Positions 42,598 through 56,874 of a stretch of DNA of 64,000 nucleotides are shown here, piece by piece (within the stretch, counting starts at the first letter, position 1; the number at the start of each line of letters is the position of its first letter). The notes beneath the pieces are model-generated. The model was given only the letters and a program-made list of their open reading frames with translations. It was not told the DNA's origin and ran no database searches. Source of the stretch: Octopus vulgaris (Eukaryota); contig OX597824.1 in the NCBI GenBank assembly GCA_951406725.2, forward strand, positions 16,244,001 through 16,308,000, written 5' to 3'. A program made the translations under genes and the position numbers.

Positions 42598-42798
42598 GAG
42601 ATGTACTTGCATAGCAAGTGATTTGATCTGAGATCGTGTGCTGAAACGAAAACAATTGCAGCGTGGAAGGTGTTTGTAAGTCATTTAAGAAACACACAAA
42701 AAGCCGTTCGATCCACTTCAACATTTAAGTTTAATTTGTCAAAATATTTTCGTCGCTATAAGACCGCGACCGTTTCATTGACAAAAATCCATGCTGCA
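42598..42798 (-). mobile_element. Penelope-like module family P5, copy with mutated hammerhead core
   Basis: Near-identical to 51031-51230; core reads AUGAAAC instead of GUGAACA. Confidence 0.75.
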
Positions 42799-42812
42799 TC
42801 TCAAATGTATGA

Positions 42813-42906
<94 letters not shown>

Positions 42907-43365
42907 TCTCGAGGTAAAGTACTGTTTTGGTCAACTTGCTGGTGAAAAAATATCCTTTAAACGAAAGGTCTTCGAAAAGAAAATCCTTCTGGAAAAAAGA
43001 TGATCTTTCTTCCCTTTGAACGGTTTTAATTGTATTCGAAAAGGGTAAGTTTATGTCCGTTTTCCGTTTGCAAGTTAGCTAGCAGGAAGCCCACGTTTTA
43101 ACATGAACTTTCTATTATGAGTGCAGCGACTAAGAATTTCCCTTTTTTAATTTAACTACGCACACACATCAAACGAATGTTTTGGGGATCCTTGGTCTCT
43201 CAGCCAAGCAAAGTCTGCATCTTATGCTTCCGTCGAGGTATGGGCCAGGCTTTACCAAGAGCTTCCGTTTATTCCTATGTGGCATTCCCTCTTTTTAAAA
43301 TCTCTATATGTAGTTGGTCGATGACGCAACGTTTTGGTACTGGCTAACAATATTGAGAAACCGAA

Positions 43366-43439
<74 letters not shown>

Positions 43440-43595
43440 CTGTGTCTGTGTGTCTGTGTGTGTGTGTGCGTGGGTGTGTGTGTGTGTGTATGTATGTGTA
43501 TGAATCCAAAGGTAAATTGCTGACGAACCATAACTAAGGACTACAGAAAATGATACTCCTCAAAAGCATTTTTATGGAGTGTGCTTGTTTTTCGG

Positions 43596-43642
<47 letters not shown>

Positions 43643-43961
43643 CACATACACGCACGCACACGCAAACATGGAGGCTGATAAACATCTGTTAAGCCTCTTA
43701 CAAAAATATTCCCAAGTTAAGAAATATCGAGAAGAGAGCAGCGATAGCTGGAAACGATATGAGCTGTAGAGGAATCAAATATTCACACGTCCCTCAGGTG
43801 TGTACTTCCCATAACAAGTTATACGTTATTTAAATCTGAAACGAATTATTTGAACAATGCTATCCGATCCATTAAATGAGGCAAGATTTTATTAAATATA
43901 AATGTATCTCATGAATGAAGGAAAATAGTTGATGTATAAACATCTTGTTTGTACGCGTGTG

Positions 43962-44041
<80 letters not shown>

Positions 44042-44089
44042 CCTATCTATCTATCTATCTATCTGTCTATTTATCTCTCACTCTCTCTC

Positions 44090-44136
<47 letters not shown>

Positions 44137-44924
44137 TTATTATATGACGGAATGCACGCATCCATTTCTAAGTAAGATTGTTCTTAATATTAATAATGAT
44201 GCGCACTCTTAACCTTTCTCTCCCCCTCCCTTTCTCAGCCTTCATTCTTTTGGCTTTCCTTTTCTTCTACCTTACTGTCTCTCCCCCTCTCTCTCATTCT
44301 TCATTCTTTTCTCTACAACCATTCATTTTTTCTCTCCCTTTTTCTTGCTCCTCCTCCTCCCTCCCGTTGTTGACCCGTGACGAGAACTCTGCTACTCTCT
44401 TTCTGTCCTGGCTGCCTTCAAGTAGAGACGGCACTTTCTGTTGCTCCTTTGCCGTTCTCAAAAAATAGCGTTCGTAAGATTTTTTATCTCGTTCGGCTTA
44501 ACAGCCCTTCTTGTTTGTGTTACTGTTATTCTCCTTGACCTGTCTTTTATTGTTTATATTTTGTACTGTCGTTACTGTCCTGTTTTTGTTAACATTTTTA
44601 CACCCCCCCCCCCGCAAAAACATCTCAAATTTTATTTAATTTGATTTTCGCGGGAAGGATTGTTTCATTAAAGTCATGTATCGCCTTGACCTTCGAAACG
44701 TGGAGTAGATGAAACAAAGGCGACTGAAGAAGAGGAATTTTCCTTGTTTTGTATGTTCTGTACTCTATTTTTTCGTTGTTTAAGAAAAATGTCCATTTCC
44801 TTGGTTTTGTGTTTATGTTTTCGTTTCTCATTGTGTTCGACGTTTTTTTTGCGTCCTGTATCCATATATGCATGTATATATACATGTAGAGGTAGGTATA
44901 TATGCATGTTTTATTTATTTATTA

Positions 44925-44987
<63 letters not shown>

Positions 44988-45149
44988 AGAGTCTATCATA
45001 GTATTTTCAATTAAAGCGTATTAAGAAAACATCTATTATCTGAAAACGTCTTTTCATATTTTTATTTTCATGCCTAATAGTATTTTCACTTTAAGTTAAA
45101 TGGGTTAAACTCGTTTTGATCACACACAAAGAATATATATTTGTCTGTT

Positions 45150-45345
45150 ATCTTTTACCTGCTTCAGTTATTAGACAGCAGCCATGCTGGGGCACCGCCT
45201 TTGAGTTTGTTTTTAGTCGAATGAATCGACCCCAGTACTTATTTTTTAAACCTGGTGCTTATTCGATCGGTCTCTTTTCCCGAACTGCTAAGTTACAGAG
45301 ACATTAGTACACCAACATCAGTTGTCAGGTGGTGATGGTGGAGAA

Positions 45346-45417
<72 letters not shown>

Positions 45418-45518
45418 AATATACGACGGGCTTCTTTCAGTTTCCATTTACAAAGCTTTGGTCGGCCCGAGGCTACAGTAGAAGAGAGTTGCCCCAGGTG
45501 CTACGTGGTTGGGAAGCA
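45150..45518 (-). mobile_element. SINE family A, degenerate
   Basis: gccatgctggggcaccgcc...atacgacgggcttctttcagtttcc. Confidence 0.7.
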
Positions 45519-45525
45519 AATTTAT

Positions 45526-45759
45526 TATTTCTTTATTGCCCACATGGGGCTACACACAGAGGGGACAAACAAAGACAGATAAATGGATTAAGTCGATTAT
45601 ATTGACCCCAGTGTGTAACTGGTACTTATTTAATCGACCCCGAAAGGATGAAAGGCAAAGTGGACCTCGGCGGAATTTGAACTCAGAACGTAGCAGCAGG
45701 CGAAATATTGCTTAAGCATTTCGCCCGGCGTGCTGACGTTTCTGCCAGCTCGCCACCTT
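45526..45759 (-). mobile_element. SINE family D, full length
   Basis: Complete head-to-tail match with 49710-49947. Confidence 0.88.
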
Positions 45760-46263
45760 GTGTGGTAAGAAACTTGCTTCTTACCACAAAAACGTTTTCG
45801 AATTTTTGATTATACGAATGTTGATCACATTTTCCGTCTCCATTGTCTACAAAGAAGATAGATGCAAACAAAACCAAATAATATGCCGCATGTAAAACAA
45901 GTAAGATATGAATATATAAGGTATCTAAGTGACCATTATATTTACCTTTACGTAGCCTACACTCCGAGTTATCACCCTTCTTATACCTTTTCTTTCCTGA
46001 ATAATAAGGTGGCGACATCTACATTTGCCTATTTACAACTGGAAATATCTGTTATAATGTTCATACCTTTGCATTAATACGCACATATTACATACGTACA
46101 TATACACACACGTGAATTTTGCTACCCTGGTAACTGTTTATTGAATTTTCCATGTTCACGGTAAACAAAGGATAATTCATTCTTCCAGTTATATATATAT
46201 ACTTATATACATATATATGAGTGTATATGTGGGTGTTTCCGTGCATGTATATATGTAAGTATA

Positions 46264-46336
<73 letters not shown>

Positions 46337-46546
46337 GTTTATATATTTGTTGTGCAAGATAAAGATTAATGTAAAAAATAAATAACGCTGAAGCAAAATA
46401 ACACCAAATATATAGTGCGTGTGTTTTTATTGGCTAAACTGGCAAAATGACCATTCCGAAATATAACAATATATAGCACCTACATAAATGTATCTTCGTG
46501 TTTTTTGTGCTTCCACGGCCATGTTTGTCGTTATATAGATATAAAA

Positions 46547-46624
<78 letters not shown>

Positions 46625-46826
46625 TGGTACATTGACATATGCTGAGAATAAGAAGAGAGAGAGGAGAGAAGAAGGATTAAAAGAATGGATAGACTGTAAG
46701 TTAGATGTATGGGAGTGCGAATGGATAGGCTGATGGTTGGTTGGGTGGTTGGTTGCATGCATAGACAGAGAGACAGATAGATAAATGGACACAAAGAAAA
46801 ACAGAAAAAAGAAAGATTGAAAGAAT

Positions 46827-46900
<74 letters not shown>

Positions 46901-47679
46901 ATGATGGATAGGTGTATCTATCTAAGTTGATTCCGTAGTCATTGTACACATCTCTCGCCTGCCGAGATATCAACTTTGACGCTAAGTAACGATTTAGTTC
47001 GGATTCTTAGACTTATAGAAACCCCATCCGGATGAGTGAAGATGCGCTTTAATTCTTCTCTTTCTTTCCTTATTTCTTTTCTTCTTTCTTTGTTTTTGTC
47101 GTTTCTTTTTTTTTTTTTTTTTTCCTATTCTTCTTCTTCTTCCGCTGCAGTCAATGGTTAATCCATTTGCTTGCCTGACGCGATGAAAGTTTCTGTCTTC
47201 ACCGAGTCAATGAAATCTCGGATGGCTTTAACAAGACAGCAGCACTCACTCTGTTGAAAATGGTTTTTAAAGTGTGTGTGCTTGCGTGTGTGTGTGTGTG
47301 TGTGCTTGTGTGTGAGTATCTCTGTGTGTGTGTGTATGTGTGTGTGTGTGTGTTTGTGTGCGTTGGTGGAGTGGGTCGGCAGCTTGGAGAGAGAGGGAGA
47401 GATTGCGAGTGCGGCAGGCTGGCGTGTGATTTCGATCTAGTCAACTTTGGCAGGACTACAATACCTGAGGGGCTTCTTCAATCTGACATCTAAGCTAAAA
47501 GCGAAAGATCAGAGCAGATCAGCTAATCGAAACTATCTTGCAGTCGACAAGACGGCAAACGACTCGGTGGATCTTTTAAACTTTGCTTTAAGAAGAACTT
47601 CCTTCAACATACAGATAGACACATACATACACATATCACACACATATATATATACATATACATATACATATACACATGC

Positions 47680-47752
<73 letters not shown>

Positions 47753-47963
47753 TGTATGTATGTATATGTTATATATTATATAGCTACGTGTGTAAATGTG
47801 TAGGTGTGTGAGTATAAGTTGGTATGTGTGTGTGTGTGCTTGCGTATGCGAAGATAGCTGTACAAATGTACGTATTCATATTGACAGGAGATGGAGAATT
47901 ATATAGAAATAAACCACTCGTTGATAAGATTTAAAATCTACAGAAAAATGCACAGCATATATA

Positions 47964-48016
<53 letters not shown>

Positions 48017-48160
48017 GTATATATATATATGCATGCACAAATATACACACTTTTAAAGAAGAATTTATATGCGTATATATATATACATATATATATATAT
48101 TATGCGTCTAGATATATGTATGCATGTATATAGTCATAGACATGTACAGTTATATGTGTG

Positions 48161-48227
<67 letters not shown>

Positions 48228-48526
48228 GTAAAGGTGTGCAGCGTAACAGACAAGTTATGTGATTCACGGTGACAGTACGATACACCGAACACATAGTCGT
48301 AAAAATCTACTCATAGATATACCTCCCCAAATGTATATGCTTTATGAGTACATATGTGTGTATATATATGTGTGTGTGTGTGGGTGGGTGGGTGTGATCT
48401 GTATACTCATGTGACCCAAGAGAAAAATCAATACATCAATATGCACATATACACACATAAAAATATATACATACATACATATATATATGAGTGTATATCT
48501 GTGTGTGCGCGCATCTATCTCTCTGT

Positions 48527-48732
<206 letters not shown>

Positions 48733-49087
48733 GTCTATCTATCTATCTATCTAATCTCTCTCTCTTTCTTCGTCTGTCTGTCTGTCTTTCTTTCTTTCTC
48801 CCCGTTCTCTCTCTCTCTATATATATATATATACATATATACATACACACACACATATATGCACACACGCACACTTGCGCACATACAAAAACGCTCAGTC
48901 ACAGACACACCCACTCTGACACACGCTTATACAAATACATATGACACAGCGGTTCGGCAACCAAAATATATGGAATGTATACCAGAGCCAAAATATACTC
49001 TTCGCTAGATGTTATCGAATAAATGACATAGACAGTGCCTCACCGCTCTTACGGTCCGATTACTGAAGCCACTAATAGTACAAAAGG

Positions 49088-49129
<42 letters not shown>

Positions 49130-49709
49130 TAGCAATACGTTTTGAGATGCCGGTAATGCTATCTCTCAAAGATCAGATATCATGGGACCAGCCATGGATG
49201 ATTATATATACATAGCTCCAACAGGGCCCCACCGGAATACTGCTTTCCAAGTTGTGCTCTGCTACTGCTTGGTTGAATCCGCGTATGTTTCTCTGAGTAG
49301 TATTCGTCGTTTTGCAGTGCGAGAAATATCATCAACTGTATGCTACCGACCCTACAACTCATCGTGAATTCTAGCACAGGACTTATTTTGTGCTATCGAT
49401 GAAGCATATTTGAAATCTGATGATTTAATCTGATTTCATTCAAATTCTTCATATATGGTGATGCCTAAATACGCTTATTAACCAAACTTTACGTTATATG
49501 AACAGCAAAGTCAGATGATAACAGATAGGTATTTGTGATGTTGATGTATACATATTTACCTTGTTTATCGTTGTGACAATGCAGAGTCAAGTACTTCTAG
49601 CAAGAATCGTCTCGTAATTCCCGATTGTAAATTCATTCATAGGACATAGCATCAAGATTTGTACTGTTTTGATTCACAAATTACTTTTTCCTTCAATGGT
49701 ATTTCGTTA

Positions 49710-49947
49710 GCGGCGAGCTGGCAGAAACGTTAGCACGCCGGGCGAGATGCTTAGTGGTATTTCGTCTGCTGTTACGTTGTGAGTTCAAATTCCGCCGAGG
49801 TCGACTTTGCCTTTCATCCTATCGAGGTCGATAAATTAAGTACCAGTTACGCACTGGGGTCGATGTAATCGACTTAATACCTATGTCTGTCCTTGTTTGT
49901 CCCCTCTATGTTTAGCCCCTTGTGGGTAATAAAGAAATAAAGAAATA
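49710..49947 (+). mobile_element. SINE family D, full length with ~16-bp TSD
   Basis: ggtatttcgttagcgg at 49698-49713 and 49948-49963; Deu/Nin-like gcctttcatcct..cgaggtcgataaattaagtacc. Confidence 0.9.
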
Positions 49948-50015
49948 GGTATTTCGTTAGCGGTTTATTGATCAGTAATTGATCTTCCAATCGCATGCAG
50001 TCCTTTTGTAATTCT

Positions 50016-50610
50016 TATTTCTTTACTGCCCACAAGAGGCTACACACAGAGGGGACAAACAAGGACAGATAAACGGATTAAGTCGATTACATCGACCCCA
50101 GTGCATAACTGGTACTTATTTAATCGACCCCGAAAGGATGAAAGGCAAAATCGACCTCGACGGAATTTGAACTCAAAACGTGACAGCAGACGAAATACCT
50201 ATTTATTTACTACCCACAAGGGGCTAAACATAGAGGGGACTAACAAGGACAGACAAACGGAATAAGTCGATTACATCGACCCCAGTGCGTAACTGGTACT
50301 TATTTAATCGACCCCGAAAAGATGAAAGGCAAAATCGACCTCGACGGAATTTGAACTCAAAACGTGACAGCAGACGAAATACCTATTTCATTACTACCCA
50401 CAAGGGGCTAACCACAGAGGGGACTAACAAGGACATACAAACGGAATAAGTCGATTACATCGACCCCAGTGCGTAACTGATAGTTATTTAATCGGCCCCG
50501 AAGGGATGGAAGGCAAAGTCGACCTCGGGAGAAATTGAACTCAAAATGTAGCGGCAGACGAAATACGCATTTTGCCCGGCGTGCTAACGATTGTGCCAGC
50601 TTGCCGCCTT
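50016..50610 (-). mobile_element. SINE family D tandem trimer (~184-bp period)
   Basis: Units start at ~50016, ~50199 and ~50383; junction gacgaaatacctattt. Confidence 0.9.
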
Positions 50611-51030
50611 AAAATCTCATATCATCGTAACGGTTTAAGTCTAGGTCAGTCTGTATCACCAGATGTTTTACTGTTTTGTTTTTTCTTTCATCAGGTATTC
50701 TGTATAACAGACTAGACTAATTAATGACCTTTGTTAAGGGCGGCAGTATTTGATTTGAGAATGATAGAATTGGCTGCTACATCACACTGGTAGATCAAAT
50801 ATAATATTAATCTCTCGTAAAAAGTGAAGTGTTACTTTAACATGATTGTGATATTTCTAAAGTTAAAAATATTAAATATAACCAAACTAGACTAAGTTTA
50901 TTTTAATTTCCGTCGTTACACAACAATGAGTTTATAAAATACGTTATGTCCAAATTTATGTTCGTAAGGAGGTTGTACTTAGTGAAATAACAAGAAGTGT
51001 TTTGTGAGAAAATTATTAGTAATTGTTATG

Positions 51031-51230
51031 GAGATGTACTTGCATAGCAAATGATTTGATTTGAGATCGTGTGCTGAAACGAAAACAATTGCAGCGTGGA
51101 AGGTGTTTGTAAGCCATTTAAGAAACACACAAAAGCCGTTCGATTCACTTCAACATTTAAGTTTAATTTGTCAAAATATTTTCGTCGCTTTAAGACCGCG
51201 ACCTGTTCACTGACAAAAATCCGTGCTGCA
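51031..51230 (-). mobile_element. Penelope-like module family P5 with ~17-bp TSD
   Basis: tattagtaattg(g)ttatg at 51014-51030 and 51231-51248; second copy at 42598. Confidence 0.8.
51167..51217 (-). ncRNA. Type I hammerhead fold with G3:C8 swapped core
   Basis: tttgtca-GUGAACA-g-gtcgc..gcgac-GAAAAUAUUU-tgacaaa. Confidence 0.65.
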
Positions 51231-51411
51231 TATTAGTAATTGGTTATGTACAAATAACTATACTCTGCATTATGTTTTGAGTAGTCTTTCACTTATTGGA
51301 GAAACCAACAGCATTGCCAGTCGGAGATGTTACAGATAATTCTTGTTTTCTTCTTTATGGAATACATATGTATATAAATGTGTGTGTATGTGTATGTATG
51401 TATATGTATAT

Positions 51412-51816
51412 ATTTCTTTACTGCCCACAGGGGGCTAAACGCAGAGGGGACAAACAAAGGGATTAAGTCGGTTACATCGACACCAGTGCAAATCTGGTAC
51501 TTTATTTATCGACCACGAAAGGATGAATAGCAAGTCGACCTCGGCGGAATTTGAACCCAGAACGTAACGACAGACGAAATACCCATTTCTTTATTACCCA
51601 CAAGGGGCTAAACATAGAGGAGACAAACAAGGACAGACAAACGGTTTAAGTCGATTGCATCGACCCCAGTGCTTAACTGGTACTTAATTTATCAACCCCG
51701 AAAGGATGAAAGACAAAGTCGACCTCGGCGGAATTTGAACTCAGAACGTAACGGCAGACGAAATACGGCTACATATTTCGCCCGGCGTGCTAACGTTTCT
51801 GCCAGCTCACCGCCTT
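51412..51816 (-). mobile_element. SINE family D dimer
   Basis: Two body-tail units and one head; junction gacgaaatacccatttc. Confidence 0.88.
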
Positions 51817-52295
51817 ATGTAGGTATATGTATACACACACACACACATATGTAATCTCTTAGTTTCTGTACTAGACATGTCTGTAGCGAGTGGTTTAAAT
51901 CTGAACCAGTGGAATCACTACTAGTTTTTATATTCGTCCTCTCCCCGGTTCTTCTTTGAAGATAACTTTAATCCAATGACACAGTCCTACTGGCCGTATG
52001 CATATCCATACGAGTCACCGATTACAAACACTTATAGTTTATTGGAGACAGAAGAATATATGCGGAATACTAAAGAATATTTTCAAATAAATTTGTACTA
52101 AGTTCACACAAGGTCATCAATCCCATGATATTATAGGCAGCAGGGGCCTTGTGCCTAGAGTAGAAAAGACTATTACAGGCAGCAGGATGCCACCACAAAC
52201 ATTTAAAACTATAATCACATCACTGCTATCGTCACTATTTATATTATTTACATTATTTACATTTGGCGGATATTTCTCCTCATTGGTCTGTTGTT

Positions 52296-52341
52296 AACAC
52301 AACGTTTCGGCTGATATATCCTCCAGCCTTCTTCAGGTGTC
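52296..52341 (-). ncRNA. Type I minimal hammerhead ribozyme (family P1)
   Basis: gacac-CUGAAGA-a-ggctg..cagcc-GAAACGUU-gtgtt. Confidence 0.75.
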
Positions 52342-52431
52342 TTGGGGAAATTTCGAACCTGGGTTCTCATTCCTAAAGTATTTTTCGATGTTATTATTAT
52401 TGTTGTTGTTGTTATTATTATTATTATTATT

Positions 52432-52487
<56 letters not shown>

Positions 52488-52549
52488 TATCATCATCATC
52501 ATCATCATCACCACCATCAAAATCATCATCATCACCACCACCATCATCA

Positions 52550-52617
<68 letters not shown>

Positions 52618-52650
52618 GTTATTATTATTATTATTATCATTATTATTATT

Positions 52651-52907
52651 GAGAGGGCAGTGTATGCCATCAAAGTAACACTGGGGTAAAATATATGAAG
52701 CCCAGTATACCCATCACAACCAAATGTGCGCAACATGGTGATCTCATATCAAGATAAATAGCACATGACCTTGCAGGTGGGGTCCAGTTAGAATTTTCTT
52801 CTGGTTGAGTAGCCCATCCCGCTTAAAAGGTCCCTGAATAAGGGTTGTTTAAGGGTGTTGAACTAACCTCCTATGTTTCCAGTGGTGAATTATCCAAACC
52901 TCCAAGT
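52651..52907 (-). mobile_element. Unassigned retroelement-like fragment ending in (TAA)n
   Basis: Non-repetitive block abutting the (att)n array and the Dong-like UTR; no clear protein motif. Confidence 0.3.
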
Positions 52908-53004
52908 ATGCCTAGTGTGCCATATATTTGGTTTTGTATTTAGTGTTGTACTAGTGAATGCCTTAAAAAAAAAAAGAAAATAATGTTTATTTTAAAACTT
53001 GAGA

Positions 53005-53238
53005 TTACATAGAAAGTATTTTGCGTAGGATATGAGCAGTTCCCACGAGCACTATCTTTTGAATTTCTGCCATTTTTGGGTTTCCTGGTATCTGAATTAG
53101 GTAGCGGTCAGCCCTTTTTGCTATCATTCCCAGGGTACCTATGACAACAGGTATTGTTTTAGTCTTCAGGTTCCACATTTTGCTGATTTCTATTTCAAGA
53201 TCTTTATATTTGCTCAGTTTTTGGTAGGTCTTGCCAGA
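53005..53238 (-). pseudogene. R4/Dong-like LINE ORF C-terminus (restriction-like endonuclease end), 5'-truncated
   Basis: Open frame SGKTYQKLSKYKDLEIEISKMWNLKTKTIPVVIGTLGMI...IQKIVLVGTAHILRKILSM*; K..KY..L...I..MW....IPVVIG.LG is typical of R4/Dong-type RLE LINEs. Confidence 0.8.
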
Positions 53239-53308
<70 letters not shown>

Positions 53309-53316
53309 ATCCCCAA

Positions 53317-53362
53317 GACACCTGATGAAGGCTGGAAGGTACATCAGCCGAAACGTTGTGTT
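53317..53362 (+). ncRNA. Type I minimal hammerhead ribozyme (family P1)
   Basis: gacac-CUGAUGA-a-ggctg..cagcc-GAAACGUU-gtgtt; palindromic AACGUU helix III. Confidence 0.78.
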
Positions 53363-53863
53363 AACGACAGACAAGATGAGGACAAATATCCGTCAAATGT
53401 AAATAATGTAAATAATAATGTACATAATTCCTCATCTTTTAAATGTAGAACTGTGTCGTCACTATTATCGTACACCGCTGTTACGACACGAGTGAATTTA
53501 CAGCTCATCCACGAAGCTGCACTGACACAACTACTTCGCAAAACTAAAAACAATACATGGCATTACCTCTCTGATGCACTAGCCAATGTGAGCGCCTTTA
53601 TATGATGTTTGTCGTGTTAGATATGCTAGATATAATTGCTAGATTTTCCTGATATTTCATATTACCGTTTTGGCAGTTATGTGTTGTTCACTTCACCTAA
53701 AATCATAAATTGACCTGATAGTTATGGCTGAAGTATCGTTGGTTATAAATATGCTCATTTATGACAGATTTGTGATTAAAAAAGCTACTACAATCATTTC
53801 ACTACTCCATCACAACATTGATACACCAACACTTCACAACACAGCGTCATAATGCGCCATCAT

Positions 53864-54465
53864 AGTTAAGTCAAGTTAAGTTAAGTTAAGTTAATTTTTG
53901 GGCTCAAAAAGCAAAAAGCAAGGCCATGTAGGGGGACACGTACAGGGTGGTGTTCATACAAAGAGTTCAGGCCATTTGTGGTCATGGGAGACTTTGAACC
54001 GAGCGGTCGTCGGCATATTCACTATCTCGTCCGGCAGCTTATTCCACGGATCCGCAACCCGGACGGAGAAAGCCCCTCTCCTTCGATTGAGATGAAATCG
54101 TCGTAGATAGAGCTTTTCGGAGTGACCCCGCAGCCGACGTTCTGGAGCAGGAGTGAAGAACAGCTCTTTCGAGAGGTTACACTTTCTGCTTATGATGTTG
54201 TGAGCAAGAATGAGATCACCACGGCATCGTCGTTTTTCTAGAGTATAAAGGTCGAGCGTCTTCAGCCATTCTTCATAAGACAAATGCTTGAGACCAAGTA
54301 CCATGCGGGTAGCCAGCTTCTGGACTCTTTCGAGATGCTGTATGTCTTTGAGGAGATAAGGAGAAGAGGCTTGAATCCCGTACTCCAATATGGGTCTCAC
54401 CAGCGTGACATAGAGCGGTAGGAATATGGCTGCTGTGAGCATTCCGAATGACCGCCAAAAACTTT
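53864..54465 (-). mobile_element. CR1-clade LINE, 5'-truncated 3' end
   Basis: LY.TLVRPILEYG...SPYL.KDI..LERVQKLATRMV.GL..LSYEE.L..LDL.TLEKRR.RGDLI...RGH..KL...FSVRV..PWNKLP; (cttaa)n tail. Confidence 0.92.
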
Positions 54466-55597
54466 TAATTTCATTACGCCTCCACAGCTGAAGTACACCA
54501 CCAACCACAATACCTGGGCATTTTAATGCCGTCTCAATCACAATGCACTACTGCAAGGGCGGGTCTCTGCAGCATCCGTATCACAACACATTGATACCAT
54601 TAGGGCTCTTCAGCACCACCTCGTCTAAATCGAATCACACAACTAGCAAACAAGAAAGCCTTAGTTGGTCACTCAACTAGCTAGAGATAGCAGCCAAATC
54701 ACCCTCAAATTACTTATTGCTTTGTACACATTCCAGCCCCTGTCCTGCAAGTCATTGATCCGTTCCTTTATTTGCTTTTTCAACCTAACTATACTGGCTT
54801 CTGTTCTTCAAGTTGGCTCCTCTTCTGCCTCCTCCAAGCCCACTCCTGTCTCTCCTCCCTTAATCAGCATAATTTCACGCAACTCATTATACATTAAACA
54901 ATGTGAGGCAAATCCTTAAGAATGTGTCTGCCCGAAAGCTGCGGCCATGCTGGGGCACCACCTTTGTAAGTTTGCCTTTTACAAGCTTATCTTTACATAA
55001 GAGAAATTTTCGGAATGGTCACGGTTAGGAAAGTCTTCGATCACAGACAGGCCAGCTCGATCTGAGTTGACCTGAGGCTAATCAATAAACAACAGCGACT
55101 ACGAAACCATATCACCAAACCCGTCCAACGACGACCACCACTACCACTACACACAACACAATATAACACACACTTCATAATACCTTCCCTTTACCGCCAT
55201 TCCTGCTCTTAACGCTCTTCTCTTCTGAATACGTCATCTTTCAATAAGTGTCAAAATATTTGGATTTCTATCTCGACTATATGGATGTAAAAATACTCAG
55301 CGATCTACCATATTATTCTGTCCTCCCTGTCACCACATACTCCTGCTTTCTGTCAATCTCCAAATCTCTAAATATGCTCTTTCAGTAGATTATAGCCAAT
55401 TTCTTCCTTAATCTTTTCGCTTTAGCTGCTTTTAAAATTTTACATATTTCATATTCTACTTCACTTTTATGTAGATACACTTATTTATTCGAGTTTACTT
55501 TTATACACATTTATTTACAAATTTTATCAATATTATTTTCTTCTTAGTTCTTCTTCTTGTTCGCCTTCTTTTCCTTCATCTTGTTGTTGGTTTCATT

Positions 55598-55672
<75 letters not shown>

Positions 55673-55766
55673 GAAGTGTATTTCTTGTTAAAAGATTTTA
55701 GTAGCATTCACACAAATACTGACTGACACACACACACATACACACAAATACACACACGTATGTATG

Positions 55767-55797
<31 letters not shown>

Positions 55798-55822
55798 GTA
55801 TGTATGTATGTATCTATCTATA

Positions 55823-55870
<48 letters not shown>

Positions 55871-56402
55871 TGGGTGTCCGTGCGCGCGTGTTTGTAGTAT
55901 ACATGTGTACGTGTTTGTGTGTTTGTGTATAAGTATGTAGACATGGAATATATGTACTTATGTGTGTATGTGTGTCTGTGTGTGTGTGTATGTAAATTAT
56001 CTGTGGAAATCTGTGTGCATAAGTTAGTCTGTCGGCCACAAATATACAGACTGAAATAATTTTATGGATAGACAAGAGGAAAAGGAAGAAGGAAGAGTGA
56101 TAGGAAGCAGCTAAAAGAGTAAAAGAGTGATGGAGAGATGGTTGTATAATGCCCGTATGTCTTCCAAAATTAGAGTTACATAGCATTGATTGTCGGCCAC
56201 TCGTAGCCGATTCCATGGCCCCAATCCATCTCTTTGGAACATCTTCGACATCAAGAAGCAATTTGAAGCATTTATTCTCTCTCTTTTATCACTAAACTCT
56301 TTTCTCTCTCTCAATATCAATTATATATGTGTGCACGCACGTGAGTGTGTGTTTCCGCGTATATTTATATATATATATATATTCATTCATACATGCAAAC
56401 TA

Positions 56403-56442
<40 letters not shown>

Positions 56443-56688
56443 GTGCTTATATTCACGCATAGGTGCACACATATATGCGTGTGCATTGTGTATGTATGTG
56501 TATATTTATAACCAAAAAATAAGCATAGATATTGTCATAGATATTTACACATATTTCCATATGTGTATACGTACATACATGTATATATGCACAAATTTTT
56601 TTAAAGTGTGTTGGGTCATTTATGAAGCTGTGGTTTTGGATTTCTTTCTTTCTTTCTTTCTTTCTTTCCTCCTTTTTCTCTTTCTTTC

Positions 56689-56749
<61 letters not shown>

Positions 56750-56813
56750 CCACTTTAACTCACTCCCGTTCATTACCTACCTACCGACCTACCTACCTAT
56801 CCATCCATCCATC

Positions 56814-56874
<61 letters not shown>

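Noticed and set aside
44655-44750. gta-tcgcctt...aaggcga-CTGAAGA-aggaa/ttcct, possible type III hammerhead in a T-rich repeat (44200-44870)
   Set aside because: GAAA is missing after the putative helix II; at best a decayed remnant.
47100-47610. Polypyrimidine tract plus tgcag and unique sequence suggesting a plus-strand exon or UTR
   Set aside because: No convincing donor or reading frame.
50016-50610. CRISPR-like or satellite array
   Set aside because: Units are SINE D bodies without unique spacers, and the context is eukaryotic.
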